Part shown: in pieces, positions 37,901-51,936 of the stretch | How the letters are laid out: every line of letters starts with the position of its first letter | Position numbering within the stretch: position 1 is the first letter of the stretch | Assembly: GCA_030141605.1 (NCBI GenBank) | Contig: JAQGDQ010000056.1 | Location: 62,001 to 126,000, forward strand | Source: Tubiluchus corallicola | Taxonomy: Eukaryota; Animalia; Priapulida | Length of the DNA: 64,000 bases | Direction: 5' to 3' | Notes under the pieces: model-generated | The model's input: the letters and a program-made list of their open reading frames with translations, nothing else | Told to the model about the DNA's origin: nothing | Database searches by the model: none | Position numbers and translations under genes: made by a program

Positions 37901-38372
37901 TCAGCAGACTTTGTTAAAGAAGGCAGTATGACAAAAAGAAGACACTAAGGAGAGCACTACAGCAAATGTAATACAAAGTTGTACAAACACATTGTGCATG
38001 CTGACAGGTTCACGATTCTTAGTTATCATAAAAAAGCTTGACATAGTCTATGGATTTCATAGAATGAGTTTAATCGATAATTACGGGTAAACTAAATAGT
38101 AGGTATGATTAAATTTGCAAATACAGTCCTGCTGCTCAATATTCCTTAATAGTTTTCCAATCATAAATTTCTGATAAACTTATTACAAGATAGAGAAGAA
38201 AAACTGGCTCAACGAAAATGTTTTACTAGCTTAGAGTTTCTGAAAAACATAAACTGCAAGAAATGCAAAATTTTCTATAACGTTCAGCTAGTAAACTTAA
38301 TAGAAGTTGTTAATGATCTCTTTTCAATAATAATTTACATATCCTACCAATTCCAGAACTTTGAAGCTTCTA

Positions 38373-38496
38373 CTAAGTTTGAAAAATCTTGTTGTGACAG
38401 GTATGACAGTACGGCTTCTCGTTTTGTTCCTTAAATGTTCCCTTATTTAATTGCTTCAGGCAGAATGCACAGACAAAATGTTCAGGATGGAATTTC
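38373..38496 (-). CDS. PXN: Paxillin last coding exon (LIM4)
   Basis: [40 protein letters not shown]; acceptor ttttttctag. Confidence 0.93.
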
Positions 38497-38716
38497 CTAG
38501 AAAAAAAAGTAAGAATTGATATTTTTTAAGATCTCATTTTAAACACAAACCCACATTATATAACTGCAACCAGTGCAAGTATACTAATGAATGAATATCC
38601 GAGTTCGTTATCTTGAACAGTATTCCATGCCCGACTCTCACACTCATTCTCTTTCTCTCTCCTCTATTTATTATTATTATTATTATTAATAAGCGATAAT
38701 AATAATGCGCTTAATT

Positions 38717-38754
<38 letters not shown>

Positions 38755-41700
38755 CTCTCTCTCACTCTCACACATTCCCCATCCACAATCTTACTTTTTC
38801 TAGTCTCTCTTAATAATATAGATTATATATAGTAATTTAATTAAACTCTGTTTTTTAATCAAACAGTTTCAGCATTATGTATATTGATATGATAATAACT
38901 AAATGGAATTAAAAATGCACACAAATGCTGGAAGTTGCAATGTATTAACAAAGAAGTCACTGAATAAAATTGACATATTCTGGTAACATATAAAACAAAA
39001 CAATTTTTAATAGGCACCCGTTAATTTAAAGTAGATAAGATTTTGACATATTTTGGCCACAATTTAGGCATAAAGTAGAGGCACTCAAATGCAAATTTTT
39101 GTTATTGCCACAGCAAAATTAAGATAAAAAGTTAGTTATAAAAATTGTACCAAACAAATTGTTATACAAATCAAGCAAAAAGATGAAACAAAACCTCCAG
39201 AAACACACTAAATAAATAGACACAAACGGTGTCCTAGCAAACATACTTATGCATGGCAGTAATACATCTTCCTGTTATCGGTTTTCCACAACCAGCACAT
39301 AATGAACCTCGCTTTGCATGGTAATGTGTTTCACAATATGGCATGCCTTCATGGTCAAAAAATGATCCACCGACAAATGCACTCTGACATTCCTATCAAG
39401 ATGTTAGCGTTGTGTTAGAACAATCAATCAAATTATAATTGATAGCTAAAAATACTAGAAGCATTTCATTTCATTGCTCCTAAATGGATTTTATTATGGA
39501 AACGAATGAAGTCAACAAAAAAGGGTAAACAGAATCTAGATTTGTATAAACTTTTACAAGCTCTAGTAGCTACTAATCGGAGTCTTCACTTTTTAGTCAC
39601 ACTGTTTGAAATAGCTACTAAGGCAAGTTAACACACTACAATCAATAATTCCAATTATTTGTGATCAACAAGACACTGGCAAAACAATCAACAATACTCA
39701 ACTAGTACTATAGAAAAGCTTCAACTTCAGTAACTGGTGTAAGGTCTTAAATAGCATAGTGCAATGCAGAATTTTAAGGCTAGTGTCACTGTATTTCTCC
39801 ATATTGTTTACACCATGAAAATGGAAGTGCTAATCTACAATCAGAAAAGAAAAATAAGCAAACTATATTCTTCTTTATTGTGCTTTTACTTGGCCCTTCA
39901 TATGTATTTATTGTCTTAGAGTTCTTTATATTACAGAGCGCTTAAATTAGCAAAATAACCATTACAAATGACATGTCTAAGATCGTCAATGATTCCTAAT
40001 TCTTGTCATCAATGACATCTAAGATTCCTGGCGCATGTATTTTTCAAGTAATTAGTTGAAAAGCTCGAATGTAAGTTTATTGACGAATAACAAAAATACA
40101 ACGTACAATACAATATACATAACAAATCACAAATCACACAAATGCATCCCAACACTTGGGTATAATCATAACACTGAAACAGTAAAAGAAACAACAGAGG
40201 TTAAACAGTTTACAATATTGTGAATTAGCTATAGTCCAAAACTATATTAAAAGCAAACTGTATCAATGTGATGTTGCTTACCATGCACACAAAACATTCT
40301 GGATGCCACTGCGTACTAAGTGCTGAAATATAGTTTTCAGTTATAGGAGATCCGCATGCTGCACACTTAGCAGCAAATAGTTCGAAGTAGTCAGTCCTAC
40401 AATAGGGTTTACCATCCCGTTCATGAAATCCATCTTCGCCAAATTCACAGCCACATTTTTTACATACAAAACAATGGGGATGCCAGGTACAATCCAAGGC
40501 AGTCACACAATTCTGCAATTATACACACTGAGGTTATATGACTACAAACAAAAGTCCATATAATGTATAATGTACATATATTAAAATAAAATATGGATAT
40601 ATTTAAAGAATATAATATATATTCATAGAATTAGTCACCTAACTGAGTCAAAAACGTCTGGTATGGGCCACTCCTGTTCAAATGCATATAATAAAAATTG
40701 TTGGCAATTGACCCAAAAAGCTCAGCATATTTGACTCAATTTTTTGCTGCAGTTAGTTAAAATAAGACACTTGTGTGTCATCAAAGCACTTTTACTACTT
40801 TATGTCATCTTTACTATGCTTTTGTGCACTGTAGCTGTACATAATAACACATCATATTATAAGTAGAAACAATTACGTTAAATACTGTTTTGTTTGAAAG
40901 CAGGTACGTTTATCATGCGACTAATACACTAGCTAGCGGTTTTGTTTTGAACCTGTCACCAGCTCGTCTGCTGCAATTAACCTCATTGCCCAAGAATTTC
41001 TGGAAGCTAAACTTTCAATCACATGCCTAGCAACTTCCTTGTGAAGCTCTTGCTGCTTTTCACAGAATGTTTAAGCAGTTAACTATTGGTGTTATGCCAC
41101 CGATGGAGCGACAGTAATCTGTCAGTATTTTTTGCGACTTTTGCAAGCTTAAACACATAGAGCAACTAAAAGCATAGAATTAATTTTGACAAATAACTTA
41201 GCATGAGCATAAACAGTTAATATTTAAAGCTCTTGCAGCCTTTGTAGTGCATACTAAGCTGCAAAATGATAACTTGTACTGCTACACTACACCGGCTAAT
41301 AGATTCTGTCTGTTAATTGGATCAGAACACTTCCATCTCAAAGTGAGTCTGTTAAGTGGCACCTACTGTCTACATACTGTCTATATATATAAGCTGTCAT
41401 TATATTGTATTATATATATATATATATAATACAATATATTGACAGCTTCAACTTGCTAGATGCATGACATGCAGGCTAAATGCTAAACACAAACAGCAAT
41501 CCTGCATTTCAATTACAGGTGTATAAATTGCCCTAACTGTTCAGCATAGCTTTGTAAGTTTGCAAATCTATAGTGAAAACATGTAAACAGGTGTAGTTTG
41601 GCTGACAAATTTTATCTACATATTGCAGAGAAGATGAACATGAGCAGCCGTGGTACTTTTAACTGAAACTCGTAAAAAGTGAGGCAGGTGTAAGTAATTC

Positions 41701-44700
41701 CACTAATTCCAGAACAAAAAATATCATGGTACAACTACTGGTGCTGCAATATGCGGGTCTATCGACCCACTTCAAGAATTTCAATAAGTTAATCAGTACT
41801 TAAGCTTCACAGCAATAAACAAACTCTTACAAAGTAATGGCATTATTACTTCCAGGACAAACCCTGTGTTTGCTCAGTATTTCTCAGAGATCACTATCCC
41901 GGTTTTTACCAATCTTACACAGCTGGTGTGGTCTGAACTCTGAATGTAGAATAAAAAAGTTGCCATGGTGATGAAGGTTGCCTATCAGTGGTCAGATTGC
42001 TCCTAAAATTGGTACTTTTCTAAGTCTAAAATCTATCTCCTCCAAAAATGCTGAGGTAGTGAAAATACAACTCAGTACTGAGGTACCTCAGATAATCATC
42101 TAAAAGGCGTTAGAGCCAAAGTTCAGAATTTTAAAATATGGTCGCCACTGTGACATAATCCTTATTTCCGGGTTAAGCTGAGCTGCTCGATCCACCGAAT
42201 GCACTAGCAGCCGACCGGCTTACTTATATGCAAAACGATGCAATAAAGTTGTACCAACATGAATCACCCTTATTGTGCCTTGAATGAGAAATGAACTTTT
42301 GGAAAAACTCACTCGCTAAAGCCAGCAGACAATATACAGTAAACTACGTACAACTCGGCCTGGTATAACTCAAATCTTGCATTTCTTGAACAGACCTCGT
42401 AGAACGGATTTTCCTTTTCATTTTTCTCTTTACCAAACATTGCATGATTCTAACTCTGTAGCTCGAATTATTGCGTAACTCAAACCGAATTCCTGTTACA
42501 ATTTATAAGAACCTAACTGAAATTAATCCTGCCTATCTCGAACTCGAGTTTCGAGCAGCATCCCAAGTGAGAAATCTACACAAAAGTATGCACCACATTA
42601 CGATTTTAACTGCTAGTTTCAGAAAAATTGCTAAGATTTCTTGTATTAACCTAACAGATGCTGCACACAACATGGCTTAATGATAATAACTAGATCACAA
42701 TATTAATTTTGAAATTTTCTATTACCCATGCTACCCAGACTACATTAGAGGTGGACCACTCACTTTATTTTCGATTACTCAAAAAAATTGTTGTTCGATA
42801 TTTGATTAAGGGCTCAGTTTGTCATTTTCACAAGCTGTAGTGTACTGCCTGACCTTGATGAGCGACTCAATCTTGTTTTCTTACAAACATCGTCTAACTC
42901 GTATTATCGCTCAACTTGAACAAATTTTCTGGGCCTGAGGAGTTTGAGTTACACGTAGAATAAAACACTTATACTTACATCAGTGATAGCTTCATTACAT
43001 GACTGGCACTTTGGTGAAAACAGTCTATGGTAGTCGCTCTCACAGTAAGGATTGTTTTCTCGCTCAAAGAAACTTTGATTACCAAGTGGAATCTTACAAT
43101 GCATGCATGTAAAGTGATCAATATGCCAAGTTCTGCCCAGTGCTGTAACGACCTGCAAAGCAGTAAAAGTCTCACTAAACACAGCAACATGTAATACAGT
43201 ACTAACGTATTTAAGATGCATCTCAACACTAAGCTATACAGCACTCCAAATAAGAAGCATCACTATGCACCCGCAGACCCTGCAATGCAGAGGTCCATGT
43301 GTTAAAAGGGGGCTTGGACATAAAGAAGAGCCATCAAGGGCACCAAAGAATAATGTAATTACGTTTATCAGACACTTTTGCCCGAAATGAAGAAAAATTT
43401 AATACAAGTTGTGACAGTTTCATAACTGATTTTAAAAATCGTGGTAAATCTATTGGCTGTAAAAGTTTTATCTCTGAGTGATAACGGCCTACTGGATTAT
43501 TTGCATAGGGCTGCAGAAGTATAGTTCCCCACTGCTCAAAACAACGGGTAAATTGTTTGCATGATGTTAGTGCCCCCTTAAATAAAAAGGTATTCACTTT
43601 CTTAAGCAAAAAATGTGGCCCTGTCTATTTTTGATGTCGAACAGCGAAACAAGTGTCATGACTCATGTAAAAATAATCATGTCGTTGTCTAAATAGACAC
43701 TTTAGTTACATGCACTATTATATGTAATGCAAAAATAATACGAAAAACTACACAAACTTACTTGACCAACTATGGCTTTTCCGCATGCTGCGCAGTGTCC
43801 TTTAGCAGTTGTTTTCACACCTTGTCTATTCAGATCTGACTGTAGTGAGCCAAGCATATTATCTAAAGGATTTTCACAAACATCGGATGGCTGCGGAGAA
43901 GCTACCTTTACAACACAGTGGAACAAATATAGATTTCACACAGAATGTCAATGAATGCTAATGAATTCTGTTTACGTATAAAATGCAAAGTACAGGCACT
44001 GTCCTTAGGTTTTACTGACACTTCATAAGTGAAAAATCCTCATATTTGTAATTTATGACTTGAGCTTTTAGATAGTTCCAAGATTTTTTGTTCGAGTATG
44101 ATCTTGCAGTTTATTTATAAAATATGTTACACCATTTTTTCATTTATCAATACTTCGAGACTTTTCTATCTACACATTATAAGTTTTAGTTTGAAACTAC
44201 AAGAAGTAACAGTTAATAATTAATTGCTTATGTGTGGGCTGCATAACTGCTGCAAAATTAACCTCACCCATCAGTTGGCATCTGTCATATAGTAAAGAAA
44301 AGTTATGTGTTTGCTTGGAGAACAAGACTTTCGCTGATTTAATCCACCAACTTTCCTCATATTTTTGTTAAAAAAATAAAGTGAAATGATTCCAAGAATA
44401 TTTTAAAGTCACGAAAAGAAAAACAAATGTCACTGCATGTAGTACACATGAAATGCTTTCACTAGGAACTTTTTCTGTGACTTCAAAGTCATGAAACACC
44501 ACAGTAAACTGAAACAGTGCTTCCAACACAGAAGCTAAAACACTGCAAATGCTAAGATAAACCATTAAACAAAGGTTCAGTTTCACAAAACCATCACTAA
44601 CTTAATGGCATCATGTAATAATGATGCTGTTAACAAGGCGACCATTTTGTGAAACCTGCCCCAGATCCTACATAAAAATTGAAAAAACAATGACACTCAG

Positions 44701-47700
44701 AACAAGTCACAAGAGAGTAGCACAAAAGGCACAAAAAATCACGCAAGAGATTTACATAAGAAATTTAAAGAACAGCAAACTAAAATGAAGTCAAGTGAGA
44801 TTCTCTTAAAAAATAGCAACTTTTTAGAGGAAAAATACAAACAAAAGTTTAATAAATATGTTTTGATAAACAACTTTGAGTAAAATTTACAAATGAAGTT
44901 TCTATAGTCAGTAGTTGGTAATAAATATGTTTTGATAAACAACTTTGAGTAAAATTTACAAATGAAGTTTCTATAGCCAGTAGTTGGTTATAACGACATT
45001 AAGCAACAACTGCGTTAGTGATTACAGGAAATGCATGAAACAAAGTACAGAAAGGTCATGAAATTACAGTCAAATGTGTGAAAAACTTATGATGCAATAC
45101 ATCAGGCAACAAAACTTAAAATAACTTCAATAAAAGACAAATGGTCTAAACGTTTTTTCTTCTGTTTGCCTAACCGATAAAAATGCTTTATGATGCCTCA
45201 CAGAGTAGTCTAAAGTAAGTATGAAAGAAAGTTCAAACCTACCCAAAAAAGAGGGCAGGTAGACACATGCATTACCTGTGGATGCCGCACCTGTTTTCGA
45301 CAAGGTTGTGCATACTGTAGTTCGCTAATAGGGGCATCATCAGGGCAAGGTATTGCATTTTCCTTTAAATCGTCACTGGTTCTGTTCGACGATGACTGAG
45401 AATCACCGCTAGTGCTCTTTTCTGATTTGTCTTGTGACGAGAGTGAACAGACAGATGAGTCAAGATAAGATTTTACCTAATGAACAGCCAAAAAATCTAC
45501 TAAACAAATACTAGTTTAATGCATGGATTACAGTAAAGGGAAATATAAAATTCAAATTTTGAATTTTTGTGTTGTGTAGCAAAGAAATTTTTCATGTGCT
45601 GCAAAGCATCATTAAAAGCTTTTCCAGTGTGAATTCAGACTGAATTGTGCCAAAAGCAAGAATAGAAAATTGCATCTTGAATGTGTGTACTGGCTAGGGG
45701 AGCAAAATTTCTTAGCTCAGCATGTTCGAAAAGCTAAATGTTGCAGAGTGCAAAGAACCACTTGCTACCAATGTAATACTTGTCGAAAAATGCTTCAACT
45801 GAGTTATCATGCTCAGAATACAGTAATAATAATGATTAATTATAGTCAAATTTATTTTAAATTTGTAAATGTGCAAGAAAATAAAAAGGGCAACAACAAG
45901 GAAAAAGGAAGCACAGTCTTGTTAAAATCCCTAAGTTCTGCACCCAAAACATATGCCCTACCTGGTATACGCTACATCCAAGTTTACTTACGCCTCTGTG
46001 CCTTTCAATCCAATTAAAGCTATTTATATTATTTAACTTTAAACAATAACAACATTTAAAAATAAAGTGAAATTATTACTATAATAACTAAAACAGACGT
46101 ATTATTCCTCTGTGCGATGGATGCAATTTACCTTGAAATTTGACAAAGAAGAGATCAAGTCATCTAATTCCTTTGTAGCAGTAGAAGTTTTCTCTGGTAT
46201 ACTAAAAATAAAGAGACTCAATTAGTAGACTAAGATTCTGAGTGTGTGCTACTTGGCTCTACATATTTTGGCAGCTCCAACAACCCGATCATTTTTGACC
46301 ACTTTTCCTTTGAACGAAATGTCTGGAGCTAACATGGTCTTACTGATGACTTACTTTTTGAATCAAGAACCAGTAAAAGAAAAGGAAAACCTTCTCATTT
46401 TCGGGACTTTTCCTTTGTTTTTTTTGGCAAAATTAGACTTCTCGTTTTGTTCGTGGAACAGCCAGCAATAACAGGATGATATATATGATGGCGGGTGGTG
46501 CAAGCAAAGATTCCATGTTATATTTTAGATTTTATGAGCAGTTCACAGTTGATTATTTTAGGTTTGTTCATACAAATTCTAAAAATAATAATGTTCCAGT
46601 GGAGATTCGTGAAGGGTCTTGGAAACAGTGTGTTTAAGAACTACAGGTTGCACAGCTAACTGGTTACATCATTGATTATTTTCTGCCACATTGCTGCTTA
46701 ATACAACATGTCTATGCAGTCGAAGCCTGACAATACAACTTTCACATCGTATTAAGCAGGTGTGTTAATATCCATTACATGTATTTCCTTACCACTGTTG
46801 AACTACTTTCCTAATAAGCACGAGTGACTTTTAGCTGTCGCGGGTTTAAGTTTGACTTTCATTTGTTTAATAAAGCAAACAGTTCGGCCACGACAAACTT
46901 TGCAAAAAACTGTAACAGTAATCATTCTATAATCATGTAAAAAGCAAATATTTTGCATGATAATCAAGAAAGTAAATATTTATCATATTACCACAACCAA
47001 AAGTGAAGCCATTTTAGAAATTTTACAAAATAAAATTAAAAAGTCACCTGTCTTCCTTTACTGCACTTTCTAATTCATCAAGTAAGCTTTCTACTGTTGG
47101 CCTCTGTTCAGGAGTAGTCTGTCTATCACTTGAACCTGGCAAAAATCATTATACTGTTATAACTAATAGTGCATGGACTGAATTAAATTATGTGTGCATT
47201 TACATCATTACGTCAGCAATAGAAAATTTATGCTGCGCGTAAACCCCAATATATGTTAGCAAAATCACTATAAATAAATATTTAAACTAAATTATACAAA
47301 ATTCTTAACTGAACTCCTGAAACATTTTACACATGCACACTTCTGCAACATCAACCTGTTAAAAAAATTAAATGAATTGTACAACAATATTTTGAGAAGA
47401 CAAAACAGACATAATTCATTTAATTTTATAACAAGTTACTGATGCAGACTTGCTCTCTGAAAAACATGCCAGGAGTTCTATAAAGATGTTATGCTGATGA
47501 ATAGTCTTTTGGTGACGAATTCAAGAAGTTCGAAGCATATCCTGAGTTTAGACATCTAAGCATCACTCCACTTTGACCAGTCCGAAATGAAATTGGCAAC
47601 TTGAGAGAGTTATTGAGAAGTACTGAGAAGCATTGGGAAGGTGCAACAGCGCGCTAAGCTGGAAGGCAAATCTTTCAAGCAGTGCTATCCATTTTTGCGA

Positions 47701-48076
47701 AATTGCAGTGCTAAACCACACAGAACCATAGGAATAGGACCTGATGAGATTATTTTTGGAAGAAAGAAAACGAATGGACTCCTACCAATTGACAGTGCAG
47801 AATCATCAACGTTGTCTGCTCTCAATGAGAAGAACCAACTAGCAAAAGTAAAGTGACAGACGTAAACTCAATGACTGCATCAGAATATGAAAAGCAAATG
47901 TGCAAAAATTAATGGTTTAATCAGCTCTCACACATGATGATACACCACATCGCTACATGTTATAACACATATATGAAATTTAACATACATTTTGTTTTTG
48001 CTTGCTCTTGCGCTTTACTCAGGTCATCCAATAAGTTATCAAGAGCAGCTAAATTGCTACTTAGAATGGAGCTCAT
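38373..48076 (-). CDS. PXN: Paxillin (LD2-LD5 plus four LIM domains), 421 aa from Met 48076; complement(join(38373..38496,39247..39392,40282..40512,42979..43152,43762..43905,45276..45476,46132..46201,47048..47135,47989..48076))
   Basis: LD motifs [42 protein letters not shown] and [12 protein letters not shown]. Four LIM domains close to paxillin ([24 protein letters not shown]...; [30 protein letters not shown]). All introns are GT-AG with consistent phases. A longer N-terminus may exist upstream. Confidence 0.93.
38724..38770. repeat. (CT)n microsatellite
   Basis: Direct inspection; lies in the last paxillin intron. Confidence 0.9.
39247..39392 (-). CDS. PXN: Paxillin exon (LIM3/LIM4)
   Basis: [48 protein letters not shown]; donor gtatgt. 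Confidence 0.93.
40282..40512 (-). CDS. PXN: Paxillin exon (LIM2/LIM3)
   Basis: [20 protein letters not shown]...[17 protein letters not shown]; donor gtaagc. Confidence 0.93.
42979..43152 (-). CDS. PXN: Paxillin exon (LIM1/LIM2)
   Basis: [19 protein letters not shown]...[24 protein letters not shown]; donor gtaagt. Confidence 0.93.
43762..43905 (-). CDS. PXN: Paxillin exon (LD5 and start of LIM1)
   Basis: [48 protein letters not shown]; donor gtaagt. The acceptor (aag) is weaker. Confidence 0.88.
44851..44988. repeat. Near-perfect tandem duplication with 69-bp period
   Basis: aataaatatgttttgataaacaactttgagtaaaatttacaaatgaagtttctatag(t/c)cagtagttggt occurs twice, at 44851 and 44920. Confidence 0.9.
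45276..45476 (-). CDS. PXN: Paxillin exon (Ser-rich linker between LD4 and LD5)
   Basis: Open, symmetric phase-0 exon of 201 nt ([14 protein letters not shown]...[16 protein letters not shown]) between ttcattag and gtaatg. Confidence 0.7.
46132..46201 (-). CDS. PXN: Paxillin exon (LD4)
   Basis: [23 protein letters not shown]; tatttttag / gtaaat. Confidence 0.9.
47048..47135 (-). CDS. PXN: Paxillin exon (LD3)
   Basis: [28 protein letters not shown]; tttttgccag / gtgact. Confidence 0.9.
47490..47900 (+). mobile_element. Degenerate Ty3/Gypsy integrase remnant in a paxillin intron
   Basis: Translates as DEFKKF...[10 protein letters not shown] and [24 protein letters not shown]...LLP. These resemble the Gypsy integrase patterns EF..F....H..ITP.WP and YR.TPH.TTG.SP.EL.FGR. 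Contains stops and frameshifts. Confidence 0.7.
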
Positions 48077-48131
48077 TTTTATGACATGATCTGTTGATGA
48101 CTGACCATCACATTTCAAGATTTGTGAAACC
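47989..48131 (-). CDS. PXN: Paxillin exon containing LD2 and the candidate start Met (48076)
   Basis: ttttttacag| ...[33 protein letters not shown]; donor gtatgt. Confidence 0.85.
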
Positions 48132-50640
48132 CTGTAAAAAAAACAGAAGTACATATAATGACTTTAACACTAAAACATGTATATATATACAAAAAAAGAA
48201 TTTATAATCCTTCCAGGCTTATAATTATTTTAAGTTTGCTCTGATTGGTAATCTTTCTAAGGTGGCACCACATTGACATAATATGCATAAAATGCAAAGT
48301 GCCATGTTAGTAAAATTAGCGCATTTAATAAAGTTTTCTCAACAAGGTAGCTGACTAGATGACCAACCGGTCTTTCACTGCCCTTTTCACAATACTTTTT
48401 AAACTATCAAATGAAATGCACGACATCAATATATACGTATCATAAAAAACTATTTTTATGAGTGTGCATAAAGATAAAAATAGTGATTATGTTAACAATA
48501 AGTGTATTAAATTTTTACTTTTGGTAAGAAATGGTTCGGAAATCATATATTCACAGGTTTCTGTCTGCTTGTTTGTCTAGATGATACCTCAAAAATGTTC
48601 CACACGTTTTAATTTTATTAAGTTTACTTTATTTGTTTTCATATGAAGTGTTAATGTTTCGTATGTTCAATGAAGTGTTAATATATTTGTTATGTTTTGT
48701 TTAATAACTATACAGCAATAGTTGTTCATGATTGGTTATCTTAAACTACAAAAGGAGTGAGACATAAAATGTATACAAGGCCGGCAGGACTATTGAGAAG
48801 CTAAAATAGCAATGTTTAGCCATAGAAACTTTAATTTGCAATATTAATTTAATATTTAATTTAATGTTCCTTACATTTCAGTATTGTAAGTACGTACCCA
48901 TATAATTCCATAAAAGAACTGCATAATTACAACATTACAAATGCACTGTTCTTGAATTCTTAAAATTTTGAACACAGCTTTTACAACAACAAAATATTTT
49001 TATGTATGCTGAGATGACAGCTGGTTCATCAAAATTGAAAATTGCCATGACAGCAGAATGGTGTAGAGAGTCAACGTTCATAGTAAAGTTGCGTACAGGT
49101 TGATTCAGTTGCTGCTATCTATTAAGCAAGCAACTGCCTATTATGAACACGAATTAGCGCAAAGACTGATTCATGTGTTTAATTTGTTTATAAATTTTGA
49201 CTTGGTTATTATACCACACCTCATTAAAATCGTAGTAAAGTATTAAAAGATTGAATGTTTGGTGCTTATTCCGAAGTTACCATGTGTGACACCAATAAAG
49301 TAATTCTTTCATAAGAGTAGCATCATTGAGACATCCAAAAACTGTGAAGAGGATGAGCAATCAAGTAACAAGTGATAAAAACATCAATTTGCCAGGAAAT
49401 TTTGTTTTTGATAGGAAATTTGCTAGGAATTTTTTAAAAAATAAACTGTTCTACTTTGCAAAAAAATGCTCAGTGACTTTGCTAAGTTTTTTTATTAGTG
49501 GGCGTTTTCCACCCATGCAGAACTAACTACTTTCACAGAGGTTTGTACAGGCATTTAAATGATCATACCCATGCAAAACGCATGCAGTTGTCAACAGCAG
49601 AATGATTCACAGCAGTAGATTAGAAAAGCAACTTGCGGGTGGTTTTATGCAGAAAATTACTGCTTGGATAATGCTGCCTTTAATCTGTAAATAACTGAGT
49701 TTTTCACAGTGACATTCATTAAGGAACTTGTAGACCAGGCTCAAAAGAACTAATTTAAGAATTTTCACCATTACATCATATTCACTTTATAGGATTCATT
49801 TCTGTCTAGCACACACACACACACTTAAACAACTGTCACATCTCAGCTATAATAAGTCCCCTCAAACTACTTATAACCAGATTACACTGTAATTTTATTT
49901 GAGTGATGGGTAATGTGGGCACTCCACATGACATACTTTAACTGGTGTATGAAAACACTACATAGGGGATGTTCCTGCTTGCCTGGCATCCCTAGTGCAC
50001 TATAGGGCCGTGTGTTGCAGTATACGGCGAGGTGGTACATAACACCATGGTACAACGCGATGTGTAACAATACCATATCCTAATTAGTTTAATAAACATT
50101 ATCTCGTTACACAAGCATTGCCTGGTTGCAGATTCTTATATCAAATTGTATCATTTGTATGCATAACATTTTCGTTCTGTGATTTTATTATATTTTTAAC
50201 TGTGTAAAGCTGACGAGTCATTAGGAGAAGTGAGGATAATAAATAATATTATATTATTATTATTGTTATTATTACAATTAATATACTTTATTTTTTATTT
50301 AATTATTAAATGCAGTTCTCAGTTTTAGAAATCAGACTCAGAATAAATGACTAATTGCAACAAAACGTTACTGGCCGAGTTTACCAGTTACGTGTTATGC
50401 ATTTATTAAAACACGTGCTTTACTTGAAGTTTTAGCTACAGTACTATGTTTGAACCATTTCTTCTGCTGCTTCAAAAATATTAGGGATATTGTCAATATA
50501 CAGGCATTACATAGAAACTATAATAAAGATTTTATTTCTACTTCTCTTTAGTGCTGAACTATCACATTTTTATATCCCTGAAGTTAAATGAGTATATGTA
50601 GTACATTTAAATGGTTGTCAGAACTGTTAGGCAAAACTTA

Positions 50641-51324
50641 AGCTAGGACTCCGCATGCCCATAATGCGTGATCTGTAATGGGTATACATACAACAGTTTA
50701 TATTTAAACACATGGAAGTGTGTCCATGTGTACCTAATATGCAATTCGTAATGCGTTATCCAAATTAGCTTGAACGTGACTGCCATCGTCCCAACATGCA
50801 TTACGCAGCAATATGGAGAGGGGAAACCACCATTACCCAGGTGAGTTAGCGAGATTTCAAGTTTCCAGTGACGATTTTCACTAATTGGAAATTCTGGTTA
50901 GGCGACTTTTGGTCACATCAGTATGTACACACAATAATATTTCTTCTATATGAGTTTTTGAGAGGTGGAAGAAGCGTACAATTATGTGTTGTGCATCTAG
51001 TTGCAGTTCTTTCAATGAATGGTCAAACATGCTGCATTGCTTACCCCTGCAAAATGTTGTATACCCAAAACCTGTACTTCCTCTGCCATCAAATAGTACA
51101 ATAGTATGCGAATGCTGCAGGTGTAATTATAAAATTTCGACAACAGTGATCAAATTCCGATGAAATTTCGACAAAGACATGGCTTTGAAAAATTATTACT
51201 TCTAATTTTCAGGAACAAGTAAACAAAATGACAGAAAGAGCACCGGGGGCTTTGTTAACATGCATAGTGTTCACGGATGCATAGAAACACTCAACATGCA
51301 TTACATGCACATAAAGTCCTAACT
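50641..51324. mobile_element. Possible old PIF/Harbinger-derived non-autonomous element
   Basis: Degenerate inverted ends agctaggact...cataatgcgtg / catgcattacatgcac...agtcctaact with TTA flanks. No intact ORF. Confidence 0.4.
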
Positions 51325-51936
51325 TTAGTTAGCATACATCAAAAACTGAGAAAAGGTCTAATCGTCATACACAGTACAGCTTGCTTCACTACAATTTTCC
51401 AAATTTAAATATTTATTATACCTTGCAGCATACTTAATCCAGGCAAAAAGTAACAGGAATAAAACATAGAAAGAAAAGAAATAACCATAACCCTAACAGT
51501 AATCCTAGCCAAAATTAATTGCGACTTTTGTGCTGTGACATTACTGGTCACCTTTAAATTATGCGCATTGTAGGAAAATAACCGTTGGCTAATGCTGCTC
51601 TTTGGTAAAGGTTCTAGAATAAATAAAACTTTTAATACTACTACTGCAGCTTCATAATTACTTCTAATTAGACTTTGTTGTTCATGCAATCAATTATTAT
51701 TTATTATTAGAAATAATCGGCTTCAATTAACTACAAAAATTTGCGGAATTACATAGCTTTTACCTTATTAGTAATAGTACTTAAGTTTGCTATTTAACAA
51801 ACACTGAATAACAAATTTATTGTATGTGTTATATTGAAATGACTATAGCCGAAAATTACAGATTTAGAATACTATATGGCTATTATAAGTATTAAATTAT
51901 TTCCGAATCTAGCTCCAGTTTTCGTTCTTTCTTTAC

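Noticed and set aside
46244-46730. Extra paxillin coding exon between LD3 and LD4
   Set aside because: The candidate acceptors I tested lead to in-frame stops, and LD3 and LD4 exons already join in phase. An alternative non-coding first exon cannot be excluded.
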